Origin: Kiritimatiellia bacterium
Lineage (GTDB): Bacteria; Verrucomicrobiota; Kiritimatiellia; CAIVKH01
Reading direction: 5' to 3'
Length of the DNA: 64,000 nt
NCBI GenBank assembly: GCA_035327585.1
Contig: DAOLDD010000012.1
Location: 10,882 to 74,881, forward strand
Below, piece by piece: positions 1 through 9,882 of this stretch. The position numbers and the translations under genes are program-made. The notes below the pieces were generated by a model that saw nothing but the letters and a program-made list of their open reading frames with translations, was not told where the DNA came from and ran no database searches. Every line of letters starts with the position of its first letter. Positions within the stretch are counted from its first letter, which is position 1.

Positions 1-434
1 AGGCGTTCCGTCCGCCCGGGATGCGCTGGGAGGACCGCGAGGTGCGCGGCGTGCGAATCATCAACGACGCCTACAACGCCAACCCGATGAGCATGCGCGC
101 GGCGCTCGATGCGTTCGCGGAAATTGACGTGGCGGGAAATCGATGGCTCGTGCTCGGCGCGATGCGGGAACTCGGCACGCACGCGGAGGAGGAACACCTG
201 GCGCTGGGCCGTTTGCTGGCGCGCGGTCCCTGGGCGGGCCTCGTCGCCGTCGGCCCGGAAGGGGCGTGGTTGCGCGAGGGCGCCCGCTCCGTGGGCTTCC
301 AGAAGATCCGGCTGGCGGCGGACGCGATGGAGGCGGCGCGGATATTGAAAGACTTGATTCAGCCCGGCGATGCCGTATTGCTCAAGGCCTCGCGCGGGGT
401 CGCGTTGGAGGATGTTCTGGATGAACTGGGGTGA
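1..434 (+). CDS. murF: UDP-N-acetylmuramoyl-tripeptide--D-alanyl-D-alanine ligase MurF, C-terminal fragment (5' end lies outside the window)
   Basis: Frame is open from position 3. The translation (RGVRIINDAYNANPMSMRAALDAFAEI...GAMRELG...LLKASRGVALE) matches the MurF C-terminal domain, and mraY follows immediately. Confidence 0.8.
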   Translation, partial: AFRPPGMRWEDREVRGVRIINDAYNANPMSMRAALDAFAEIDVAGNRWLVLGAMRELGTHAEEEHLALGRLLARGPWAGLVAVGPEGAWLREGARSVGFQKIRLAADAMEAARILKDLIQPGDAVLLKASRGVALEDVLDELG

Positions 435-552
435 GCAGGTATCGGGTGTCGGGTTTCAGGTGTCGGGGAGGACGCTCCTCGTTTACAACGTCTGTAAATC
501 CGGTCTTCGCGCTGTTCCAACCTCTGTAATTTACAGCCCCTGCAATTCCTCC

Positions 553-580
553 CTGACACCTGACACCTGACACCTGACAC
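553..580. repeat. Perfect 4x tandem heptamer CTGACAC, directly upstream of the mraY start
   Basis: Read in sequence: ctgacac x4 at 553-580. The inverse motif gtgtc occurs twice at 441-468, giving an imperfect long inverted repeat around a core with two TGTAAA/TTTACA palindromes. Confidence 0.8.
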
Positions 581-593
581 CCGAAACCCTCAT

Positions 594-1724
594 ATGCTCT
601 ACTTCCTTCACGAACAAACGGAACTCTGGGCGCCGCTGCGCATCTTCCGCTACATCACGTTTCGCGCGCTGATGGGCGCGGGGACGGCGTTTGTCCTCAC
701 GCTGCTGCTGGGCCCGGTGATCATCCGCTGGCTGCGCTGGCTGAAGTTCGGCCAGTACGTGCGCGACGACGCGGTGCTGGCGCACCAGCATCGCAAGAAA
801 TCGGGCACACCGACGATGGGCGGCGTGCTGATCATCGCGTCCGTGGTGGTGGCGACGGTGCTGTGGGCCGACCCGCGCAATGTGTACGTGTGGCTGGCGC
901 TGGGCACGATGCTCGCGATGGGGGCGATCGGCTTTTGGGACGACTACTTGAAGGTTTCGAAACGAAACGCCAAAGGCGCACCGGGTCGGATCAAACTGCT
1001 GCTGGAAATCGGCTGGGCGCTGCTGGTCGTTGCGGCGCTGTATGCGTGGGAGCCTTCGCGTGCACACGTGGCGAAGCTCATGCTGCCGTTCCTGAAGGAC
1101 CCGTTCATCGCGAACCTGGGCGTGCTGGGCGTGGTCATCTTCATCACGCTCGTGCTGGTGGGTTCGGCGAACGCGGTGAACCTGACGGACGGGCTGGATG
1201 GCCTGGCGATCGGGTGCACGAATTCGGCGGCGGCGGCCTATCTCGCGTTGGCGTACGTGGCGGGCAACAGCCTGGCGGCGAATTACCTGTTGGTGCCGTT
1301 CGTGCCGGGCAGCGGCGAGCTCGCGGTATTTTGCGGGTGCCTGCTCGGCGCGGGCCTCGGGTTCCTCTGGTACAATTGCCACCCGGCGCGTGTGTTTATG
1401 GGCGACACGGGCAGCCTCGCGCTGGGCGGCGCAATCGCGATGGTGGCGGTGGCGATCAAGCAGGAACTGCTGCTGGTGATCGTCGGCGGCGTCTTCGTGA
1501 TGGAGGCGCTGAGCGTGATGATCCAGATCGCTTCCTTCAAGCTGACGGGCAAACGCGTGTTCCGGTGCGCGCCGATCCACCACCACTTCGAACACCTCGA
1601 GAAAGAGCGGGCCGCGATTGAGGGCCGCGACGTGGAGGTGGTGGAGACGATGGTGACGATCCGTTTCTGGATCCTGGGCATCATCTTCGCGCTGATCGGC
1701 GTGGCGACGCTGAAGATCCGGTGA
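594..1724 (+). CDS. mraY: Phospho-N-acetylmuramoyl-pentapeptide transferase MraY
   Basis: 376-aa polytopic membrane protein with MraY hallmarks (NAVNLTDGLDGLA, HHHFE) and a dcw-cluster context. Confidence 0.9.
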   Translation: MLYFLHEQTELWAPLRIFRYITFRALMGAGTAFVLTLLLGPVIIRWLRWLKFGQYVRDDAVLAHQHRKKSGTPTMGGVLIIASVVVATVLWADPRNVYVWLALGTMLAMGAIGFWDDYLKVSKRNAKGAPGRIKLLLEIGWALLVVAALYAWEPSRAHVAKLMLPFLKDPFIANLGVLGVVIFITLVLVGSANAVNLTDGLDGLAIGCTNSAAAAYLALAYVAGNSLAANYLLVPFVPGSGELAVFCGCLLGAGLGFLWYNCHPARVFMGDTGSLALGGAIAMVAVAIKQELLLVIVGGVFVMEALSVMIQIASFKLTGKRVFRCAPIHHHFEHLEKERAAIEGRDVEVVETMVTIRFWILGIIFALIGVATLKIR

Positions 1725-3058
1725 TGCACACGGGCACCCATGCGTTGGTGTTGGGCCTTGGCGAGAGCGGCGCCCATGCGGCGAAGCTGCTGCTGCGCGA
1801 GGGGCTGCGCGTGACGATCTTTGAACAGCAGGTGCATCCCATGACCGCGGAGGCGTGGGTCGGGCTGGGCGGGCAGACGGTGGCTGCCGCTCCGGATGCG
1901 GCGATTCCCGCGGACGTGGATTTGTGCGTGGTGAGTCCCGGCATTCCGGTGGAACATCCCTGGCTGGCGTCCGCCCGCGCGCGGGGGTTGCACCCCGTGC
2001 CGGAGTTCGAGCTGGGCTGGAGCCGGTTCCGGGGCCGCGTGGCCGCGATCACGGGCACGAACGGCAAGAGCACGATGGTGAAGTGGATGGCGGAAAGCCT
2101 GCTCGCGTCCGGATTTCGCGCCGCGCCGGCGGGCAACTATGGGCCCAGTGTGAGCCGCGTGGTGTGCGAGCAGCCGGACCTGGACTGGCTGGTGATTGAG
2201 GCGAGTTCGTTCCAGTTGGAGACCGCGCGGCATTTTCGCGCCGACCTGTCCGTGCTGCTTAACATCGCGCCGAATCACCTGGACCGGCATCCGTCGATGG
2301 AAGCCTATGTGGACGCCAAGGCGCGCCTGTTCGCGCAGGTGCGGGGCCGGGATGTTTGCATGGCGCCGGCGGCGTGGCGGACGCGCATGCAGGCGGCGTC
2401 GGGCGGGCGTGGCGCCTGGTATAGCTTTGGTTGCGCGGCGACGGATGATTATCGCTGGGGAAACAGCTGTGTCCTGCATCGCGCGGATACCGTGCTGGAT
2501 GCGCGCGGAACCTTTCTCGACAACGCGATCCTGGGCCCGCATGCGGCGGCCGTGGCGGGCGCGCTGCACGCGGCGGGACTGCCGTTGGACGGAGCCGGGG
2601 CCGCGGCGCGCGCGTTCAAGTCGCTGCCTCATCGTATGGAGCCGGTCGCGGAGGCGGGCGGCATACGCTTCGTAAATGACTCGAAGGCGACCACGCTGAC
2701 GGCGATGCGCGCGGCACTCGAAATGGCCGGGGGACCGGTGCGGCTGATCGCGGGCGGATTGCTGAAAGAAACCGATTTGAATTGCGTCAAAGAAATGCTG
2801 GCCCTGCACGCCCGCGGGGTTTACCTTGTGGGGAAAGCTGCGGAAAAAATGGCTTCGCAGTGGGCGGATACCGTTCCTTGCGAGGTGTGCGGCGAGTTGG
2901 AGAAGGCGGTTGGTGCGGCGTGGCGGGCGGCGCGTCCGGGCGAGGTGATCCTGCTCTCGCCGGGTTGCGCGAGTTTCGACCAGTTTGCGAATTTTGAACG
3001 ACGTGGAGATGAATTTCGGCGCATCGCGAAAGCGCTGGCCGGGGAGCGAAAATCATGA
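1721..3058 (+). CDS. murD: UDP-N-acetylmuramoylalanine--D-glutamate ligase MurD
   Basis: GTG/ATG start overlaps the mraY stop. The N-terminal Rossmann domain (LVLGLGESG), the Mur ligase ATP motif GTNGKST and a C-terminal Mur ligase domain are present. Confidence 0.85.
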   Translation: MMHTGTHALVLGLGESGAHAAKLLLREGLRVTIFEQQVHPMTAEAWVGLGGQTVAAAPDAAIPADVDLCVVSPGIPVEHPWLASARARGLHPVPEFELGWSRFRGRVAAITGTNGKSTMVKWMAESLLASGFRAAPAGNYGPSVSRVVCEQPDLDWLVIEASSFQLETARHFRADLSVLLNIAPNHLDRHPSMEAYVDAKARLFAQVRGRDVCMAPAAWRTRMQAASGGRGAWYSFGCAATDDYRWGNSCVLHRADTVLDARGTFLDNAILGPHAAAVAGALHAAGLPLDGAGAAARAFKSLPHRMEPVAEAGGIRFVNDSKATTLTAMRAALEMAGGPVRLIAGGLLKETDLNCVKEMLALHARGVYLVGKAAEKMASQWADTVPCEVCGELEKAVGAAWRAARPGEVILLSPGCASFDQFANFERRGDEFRRIAKALAGERKS

Positions 3059-4068
3059 ACAACAAGCAACAGTGGAGTACGATCATGCAAGCGTCGGACG
3101 AACGTCGGAGCAACGTGCGGGGGCCCCTGCTGGCGGGCATCATTGCCGGGCTTCACGTGGTGGCAATTTCCGGTTTTCTGGTGATTCAGGGGTGCGGCAC
3201 GAAGCAGCCGATGGTTGAGCCGCCGCCGTCCCCGGTAATGCCGCCGCGCGGCGACGCAGGCGCGCCGCCCGCGGTGATGCCGCGTCCAAGTTTCCAGCCG
3301 CCGGTCGGTGTGGAACAGGCGCCGATGACAATCGAGGAAGCGTCCGTGCGCGTGCACACCGTTGCTGGCGGCGAATCGCTGGCCCGGATCGCAAACCGCT
3401 ACGGCGTGTCGGTGAGTGAGCTGGTGCAGCTCAATGGCATCAAGGACCCGAACAAGATTCGCGTTGGCCAGTCGCTGAAGCTGCCGAGCTATGCGTCGGA
3501 GTCCGCCGCCCCGGCCGCCGCCCCGAAACCGGTGAAGCCGAAGGTCGAGAAGGCATCCGCCCCGGCGGTCGCGGGTGACGGGACGTATGTGGTTCAGTCC
3601 GGCGACAGTTTGTCCAAGATCGCGTCGCGCCAGGGCACGACGGTGAAGGCGCTCAAGGAAGTGAACAACCTGCAGAGCGATGTGATTCGCATCGGACAGA
3701 AATTGAAACTGCCCGCGGGCGCAAAACCCGCCGCCGCCAAGCCCGCCGCCGCGAAACCCGCGCCCGCGCCTGAACCCGCTCCTGCCCCCGCGCCGGTCCC
3801 GGCGCCTTCCGTGCCCGACGCGACGATTCCGCCGCCGGTGACCGCGCCTGCGCCCACACCGGTTGCCGCGGCCGTCTCCGCGCCGGCGCCGTCGTTTGAT
3901 GCCGCCTCGATTCCGTTCGAATACACGGTGCGTCCCGGCGAGACGATTGATGACATCGCCCGGAACTTCGCCGTGCTCCGCCAGGACATCCTCTCGATGA
4001 ACGGCTTGTCCGAGGGTGCGACGGTGTCGGCCGGGCAGAAACTAAAGATCCCGATGTCCGCGCCCTGA
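3055..4068 (+). CDS. Secreted/lipoprotein-like protein with three LysM domains and a Pro/Ala-rich linker, with no peptidase domain
   Basis: Start overlaps the murD stop. Hydrophobic N-terminal segment followed by three LysM repeats (YVVQSGDSLSKIASRQGTTVKALKEVN..., etc.) and an (AAKPA)n / PAPAP linker. Confidence 0.7.
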   Translation: MNNKQQWSTIMQASDERRSNVRGPLLAGIIAGLHVVAISGFLVIQGCGTKQPMVEPPPSPVMPPRGDAGAPPAVMPRPSFQPPVGVEQAPMTIEEASVRVHTVAGGESLARIANRYGVSVSELVQLNGIKDPNKIRVGQSLKLPSYASESAAPAAAPKPVKPKVEKASAPAVAGDGTYVVQSGDSLSKIASRQGTTVKALKEVNNLQSDVIRIGQKLKLPAGAKPAAAKPAAAKPAPAPEPAPAPAPVPAPSVPDATIPPPVTAPAPTPVAAAVSAPAPSFDAASIPFEYTVRPGETIDDIARNFAVLRQDILSMNGLSEGATVSAGQKLKIPMSAP

Positions 4069-4086
4069 GCGGCGTTCGGACTTCCG

Positions 4087-4131
4087 TGAGGGGTCTTGTG
4101 CACGCAGGTGCAGGAGGCCCCTCATTTGTTT
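4087..4131 (+). terminator. Rho-independent-type terminator hairpin after the LysM gene
   Basis: Perfect 7-bp stem tgagggg/cccctca with an internal tgcac/gtgca sub-stem, followed by tttgttt. Direct repeats GTTAACGAG(T/C)GGCGG follow at 4128-4164 before the ftsW start. Confidence 0.45.
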
Positions 4132-4173
4132 AACGAGTGGCGGGAAATGGTTAACGAGCGGCGGAGTTGAGCG

Positions 4174-5307
4174 ATGTGGCGGACGACAACCATTTTGGTG
4201 ACGGCGGTATTGCTGCTGGTCGCGCTGGGCATCGTGATGCTGGCGAGCACGAGCGGCGTGCACGGCAACGCGCTATTCGGCGATCCCAACTATTTTGTGA
4301 AGCGTCAGGCCGCGGCGTTGGTCCTCGGGTTGCTGGCGGCCATCCTGGGCGCGCGCATTGATTATCAGGTCTGGAAAAAATTCGCCGTGCCCTTGGCGGG
4401 GATTACGTTTCTCCTGCTGGCCGCCGTGCTCGTCCCCGGCATCGGCATTGAGGTCAAGGGCAGCCGTCGCTGGATTTCACTTGGCGTGACGACGATGCAG
4501 CCATCGGAAATCGGAAAGGTGGCGCTGATTTTTCTGCTCGCATGGTGGATGAGCCGGGTGAAGCGCAAGGCGGGCGAGTTGGTGCCCGGACTGATCATTC
4601 CGGGCGCGTTGATGGGCGCGCTGATTTTGCCGGTGCTCGTGGGCCCGGACTTTGGCACCAGTATGCTCATGGGCGCGGTTGGATTCGCGATGCTTTGGGC
4701 GGGCGGCTCGCGGTTCAGCCATTTGGCGATCGCGGGCACGGGCGCGGCGAGTTTCATGACGGTCCTGATCATGCAAAACGAGGTGCGCATGCGGCGCATC
4801 ATCGCGTTCCTCGACCCCGAACGGTACGCGGACCGGGAAGCGTTCCAGTTGCTGAACGCCATTTACGCCTTCGTCATGGGCGGCAGCGGCGGGGTGGGGC
4901 TGGGCGCGAGTTTGCAGAAGCGGTACTACCTGCCGGAATCGCACACTGATTTTATTTTCGCGATCATCGGCGAGGAACTGGGTTTGGCGGCGTCGATGGG
5001 CGTGCTGCTCCTGTTTGCGGTTATCTTCGTGTGCGGGCTGCGCATCTCCGCGCGGGCGCCGGATTCCTTCGGACGTCTCGCCGCGCTCGGGCTCACCTGC
5101 ATGATTACGATCCAGGCGGCGATCAACCTCGGCGTGGTGACGGGTTGCCTGCCCACCAAGGGGCTGCCGCTTCCGTTCATCAGCTACGGCGGCACCAGCC
5201 TCGCCATCACGCTCGGCATGGTCGGCGTGCTGGTGGGCATCGCGCGGCAGGCGGGTGAGGACGGCGCTTCGCTCTCCGTCGTCCGCGACCGCGCACGGCG
5301 AGTTTAG
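4174..5307 (+). CDS. ftsW: SEDS-family peptidoglycan glycosyltransferase, FtsW-like (assigned from its position after murD)
   Basis: 377-aa multi-TM FtsW/RodA/SpoVE-family protein (GLPLPFISYGGTSL). The dcw context argues FtsW rather than RodA. Confidence 0.75.
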   Translation: MWRTTTILVTAVLLLVALGIVMLASTSGVHGNALFGDPNYFVKRQAAALVLGLLAAILGARIDYQVWKKFAVPLAGITFLLLAAVLVPGIGIEVKGSRRWISLGVTTMQPSEIGKVALIFLLAWWMSRVKRKAGELVPGLIIPGALMGALILPVLVGPDFGTSMLMGAVGFAMLWAGGSRFSHLAIAGTGAASFMTVLIMQNEVRMRRIIAFLDPERYADREAFQLLNAIYAFVMGGSGGVGLGASLQKRYYLPESHTDFIFAIIGEELGLAASMGVLLLFAVIFVCGLRISARAPDSFGRLAALGLTCMITIQAAINLGVVTGCLPTKGLPLPFISYGGTSLAITLGMVGVLVGIARQAGEDGASLSVVRDRARRV

Positions 5308-5546
5308 CGCGAGCGCCGCGCGCGTTCGATCAGTTTTCCAATGATCGGATCATCGGCGACGCCGCCCAGCATGCCGGGTTGGCGTTCGGCCGGCGAAATT
5401 CAGAACGGATTGCTATCTCCAATTTGTAATTGGAAATCGGCAATGGGCCATTCATGCGAATCCGGGGATTGGGAGCGGATTGGGCCTGTGCGGTGGATTC
5501 AGTCTTGACGGGTGGAAGCGGGGTAAAGCACTATCCATGAAATTAA

Positions 5547-6602
<1,056 letters not shown>

Positions 6603-6695
6603 CGCTTCGCGCGCCGGCCGCCGCCTTTTTCCATTTCATCGCCCAGGAGTCCGAAAGGTTCCGGTCATGCACCCGACCTTTTCAGAGACGGGCCC

Positions 6696-7562
6696 GTGGG
6701 GGATGCCGTGAGAGAGCGCCGCTTCACCATCTGGGTGTTGCTGGTGGTGCTGCTGCTCGCCCTCGTCAACCTGCCCGCCGCCCAGAGCCTGGGCGTCAGG
6801 AACGCCGTGCGTTCCGCGCTGGCCCCGCTCCAGGAGTCCGTCACAGGCGGCCTGCGTCGCCTGCGCGAAGGCTGGGCGACCGTGCGGGGACTTGGCGGCA
6901 TGGCGCTTGAAAACCAGCGCATGGCGACCGAGGTCGCACGTCTGCTGGGCGAAGTGCGGGATCTCAAATCGCTCGAACGCGAAAATGAACAATTGCGCGG
7001 CGTGCTCGGATTCGCCAGTCGCGCCCAGCGCGACCTGATCCCCGCGGAGGTCATCGCGCGCAGTCGCGACGGGTGGTGGCAGACGCTGCGATTAAACAAG
7101 GGATCGGACGACGGCGTGGCGCCGGACCAGGCGGTGATTTCAGTGGACGGCCTTGTCGGGCGCGTCGCCTCCGTTTCCGCGCGCACGGCGGATGTCCTGC
7201 TGATTTCCGATCCGACCTGCCGCATCGCCTCGCAAATCCTGCGCACCGGTTCCTTTGGCCTCGTCGCGGGACGCGGCCCGCAGTGGGACGGCTCGGTCGT
7301 GTGCCGGATGGAATTCATCAACAAGAACATCCCGATCCAGCCCGGCGACGAGGTGATCACCTCGGGACTCGGCGGCATTTTCCCGCGCGGCCTGCTGATC
7401 GGCTACGTGGATCGCGTGGTAACGGATCGCTCCGGGTTGTACCAGTACGCGGATGTCATCTCGAAGGCGGATGTCGGCACGCTGCAATACGTTTTCGCCG
7501 TGCGCGACGTTTCGCGCGGCGCGCCGTATGTACGCTCCGCCGGGGAGGCGCCGCGCCCGTGA
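6696..7562 (+). CDS. mreC: Rod shape-determining protein MreC
   Basis: N-terminal TM segment, coiled-coil region and MreC beta-domain motifs (GLVGRV, ITSGLGGIFPRGLLIG), immediately after mreB. Confidence 0.85.
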   Translation: MGDAVRERRFTIWVLLVVLLLALVNLPAAQSLGVRNAVRSALAPLQESVTGGLRRLREGWATVRGLGGMALENQRMATEVARLLGEVRDLKSLERENEQLRGVLGFASRAQRDLIPAEVIARSRDGWWQTLRLNKGSDDGVAPDQAVISVDGLVGRVASVSARTADVLLISDPTCRIASQILRTGSFGLVAGRGPQWDGSVVCRMEFINKNIPIQPGDEVITSGLGGIFPRGLLIGYVDRVVTDRSGLYQYADVISKADVGTLQYVFAVRDVSRGAPYVRSAGEAPRP

Positions 7563-8062
7563 ACCAGATCGCCCTCATTTTTTCGCTCCTGATGGCTGCG
7601 CTGCTGCAGGCGGCCGTGCCGACGACCGCGTGGACGGGCTGGGCTCCGGCGCCGGTGATGGCCGGGCTGGTCGTGTATTACGCGCTCGTGCATCCGCGCG
7701 GCCTCGTGCTGGAGGTCGCCCTGCTCGCCGGCCTCGTGGAGGACAGCCTGAGCCAGATGCCGCTGGGCACCACGAGCTTCGCTTACGCCGTGGCCGGCCT
7801 CGTCATGGAGCGTTATCGCGAAGATGTCGTGGTGCGCCAGTGGACGACGCACGTCGTGTTCGGGGCGCTGGTGAACGCGTCGGCGACGGTGTTCGCGATG
7901 TTCATGTTGCTGAAGGACGGCCTGATCCAGCCGCCGGGCCTGCATGTCCTGTTGCGCCTAGCCGGCGCGTTTGTGCTCGGCGGACTCATCGCGCCGTTTG
8001 TGTTCAAGGCGATGGAAAATCTTGATGCCACGCTCGGGCATGTCGACGTGGAGGCCGGCTGA
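7559..8062 (+). CDS. mreD: Rod shape-determining protein MreD
   Basis: GTG at 7559 overlaps the mreC stop (7560-7562). Small multi-TM protein embedded in the longer 7073..8062 ORF, in the typical mreBCD position. Confidence 0.7.
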   Translation: MNQIALIFSLLMAALLQAAVPTTAWTGWAPAPVMAGLVVYYALVHPRGLVLEVALLAGLVEDSLSQMPLGTTSFAYAVAGLVMERYREDVVVRQWTTHVVFGALVNASATVFAMFMLLKDGLIQPPGLHVLLRLAGAFVLGGLIAPFVFKAMENLDATLGHVDVEAG

Positions 8063-9882
8063 TGGCGCGCGGCAGTCCATGGGATGACGAGTTCCTGCGC
8101 CTCCGCGTGGTGCTTGTGGGCATGCTGGCGCTGTTCGTATTTCTCGGCGGCTGGCTCTGGCACATCCAGGTCCACCGCGGCCCGAGTTTTGAGCAGGATC
8201 AGATGAAGCAGAGCATGCGGCGCGTGCGTCTTCCCGGCGTGCGGGGCCGCCTGCTGGATCGCGAGGGCCGTATCGTTGCGGACAACCGGCCCAGCTACAC
8301 CATTTCCATTTACATGGAGGAACTGCGGCAGCCTGGACCCTGGGATCGCACCATTGAGCGCGTCGAAACACTCCTGCGCGAGCTCGAGGTGATCCTGGGC
8401 GAGCCTTCCATCCTGACCCGCCAGGACATCCGCAACCACATCCGCAGGCGCCTGCCGCTGCCGCTCGTCGCGTGGCGCGACATCAGCGAGCCCGTGATGG
8501 CGCGATTCGCGGAGCAGGGCGGTCGCATCCCGGGCGTGGACATCCAGGCGGAAAGCACGCGGGTGTATCCCTTCCATGAAATGGCGGGCCATGCCATCGG
8601 TTACGTCGGTCGCGCGGAAATCGCGCAGGACGAGGAGGAGCCGTTTCATTTTTACCTGCCGGAGGTGGCCGGTCGCAGCGGGCTCGAGAAGAGCCTCGAT
8701 GCCTACCTGCGCGGCGAAGCGGGCGGGCGCCTCCTGCGCGTCGACGTGACCGGATACCGCCGTTACGATTTTAAACAGCGCGAACCGCGGCCCGGCCAGG
8801 ACGTCATGCTGACGCTGGATATGCATGCGCAGGCGCTCGCGGAAAAGGCGCTCGGCGCCGACCCCGGCTCCGTCGTCGTCCTCGATCCGCGCAACGGCGA
8901 CGTGCTCGCGCTGGTGAGCCGACCCGGTTTCGATCCCAACGATTTCGTGCCGGCCATTTCCTCCGCGCGCTGGTCCGCGTTGAACGAAAACCCGCTGACC
9001 CCGATGCTGAATCGATCCATTTCCGGCGGGTATGCCCCGGGAAGCACGTTCAAAGTCATCACAATGCTCGCCGGCCTCGAAAGCGGGAAAGCGTCGCCCG
9101 CCGACACGCATCATTGTCCGGGCTATTTCCAGCTCGGCCGCGCGACCTTCCGCTGCTGGTTCCATCCGGGCCACGGCAGCCTGGCGATGCGGCGCGCGAT
9201 CGAGCAGTCGTGCAACGTCTATTGCTTCCACCTCGGTCTCGCGATGGGCATGCCACGCCTGCATGAAATGTCGGTGCGGATGGGGCTCGGCGCGCGCACG
9301 GGCATCGAACTGGAAAATGAACTCGCCGGCCTCGTGCCGGACGATGCGTGGAAACGCCGGACCCAGAACGACGTCTGGCGCGACGGCGACACCTGCAATG
9401 TATCCATCGGCCAGGGCGCGCTCGTCGTGACGCCGCTCCAGATGGCCCAGGTGACCGCGCTGATCGCGAATGGCGGACGCTTCTACCGGCCGCGGCTCGT
9501 GCGCGGGGTGCGGGAATTCGGCGATGGCGCGTTCGCCATGCAGCCGCCCGAACTGATCCGCGAAATGCAGTGGCCGGCCGCGAATCTGGACGTCGTCCGA
9601 CAGGGCATGCGCGATGTGGTGCACGGCGAACGCGGCACCGCGCGCCGCGTGGCCATCCCCGGCATCACCATCGCGGGCAAGACCGGCACCGCGGAGTTCG
9701 GCCGCAAGGACGAGCGCAAGCGGCACGCCTGGATGATTGCGTTCGCGCCCTTTGAGGCGCCCCGCTATGCGGTTGCGCTGCTGGTGGACGAGGGCATCTC
9801 CGGCGGCGAGACCGCGGCGCCGCGTATGCGTGAACTGTTGCTTGGCCTGCTCAAGCCGGAATCGGCGGGAGGGCGCGGCTGA
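8062..9882 (+). CDS. mrdA: Penicillin-binding protein 2 (elongasome transpeptidase)
   Basis: ATG overlaps the mreD stop. N-terminal TM segment, PBP dimerisation domain, transpeptidase motifs STFK (SxxK), SCN (SxN) and KTGTA (KTG). Confidence 0.88.
   Translation: MARGSPWDDEFLRLRVVLVGMLALFVFLGGWLWHIQVHRGPSFEQDQMKQSMRRVRLPGVRGRLLDREGRIVADNRPSYTISIYMEELRQPGPWDRTIERVETLLRELEVILGEPSILTRQDIRNHIRRRLPLPLVAWRDISEPVMARFAEQGGRIPGVDIQAESTRVYPFHEMAGHAIGYVGRAEIAQDEEEPFHFYLPEVAGRSGLEKSLDAYLRGEAGGRLLRVDVTGYRRYDFKQREPRPGQDVMLTLDMHAQALAEKALGADPGSVVVLDPRNGDVLALVSRPGFDPNDFVPAISSARWSALNENPLTPMLNRSISGGYAPGSTFKVITMLAGLESGKASPADTHHCPGYFQLGRATFRCWFHPGHGSLAMRRAIEQSCNVYCFHLGLAMGMPRLHEMSVRMGLGARTGIELENELAGLVPDDAWKRRTQNDVWRDGDTCNVSIGQGALVVTPLQMAQVTALIANGGRFYRPRLVRGVREFGDGAFAMQPPELIREMQWPAANLDVVRQGMRDVVHGERGTARRVAIPGITIAGKTGTAEFGRKDERKRHAWMIAFAPFEAPRYAVALLVDEGISGGETAAPRMRELLLGLLKPESAGGRG

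Noticed and set aside
553-580. CTGACAC x4 tandem repeat considered as a CRISPR array
   Set aside because: Units are 7 nt with no spacers and no cas genes. It is a simple tandem repeat, not CRISPR.
531-1595. Long antisense ORFs opposite bona fide genes (e.g. 531..1595-, 1283..2809-, 7813..9726-, 11027..13177-, 13796..15430-, 20961..21983-, 38036..39574-, 55630..56901-, 56739..58457-)
   Set aside because: Expected stop-codon-poor antisense frames in a ~65% GC genome. They overlap well-supported genes (mraY, murD, PBP2, rng, acs, GH1, etc.), have Arg/Pro/Ala-rich low-complexity translations and no recognisable domains.
5443-5508. Small ORF (21 aa, MGHSCESGDWERIGPVRWIQS) in the ftsW-mreB gap
   Set aside because: Too short, with no RBS or conservation evidence. 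It is most likely non-coding.
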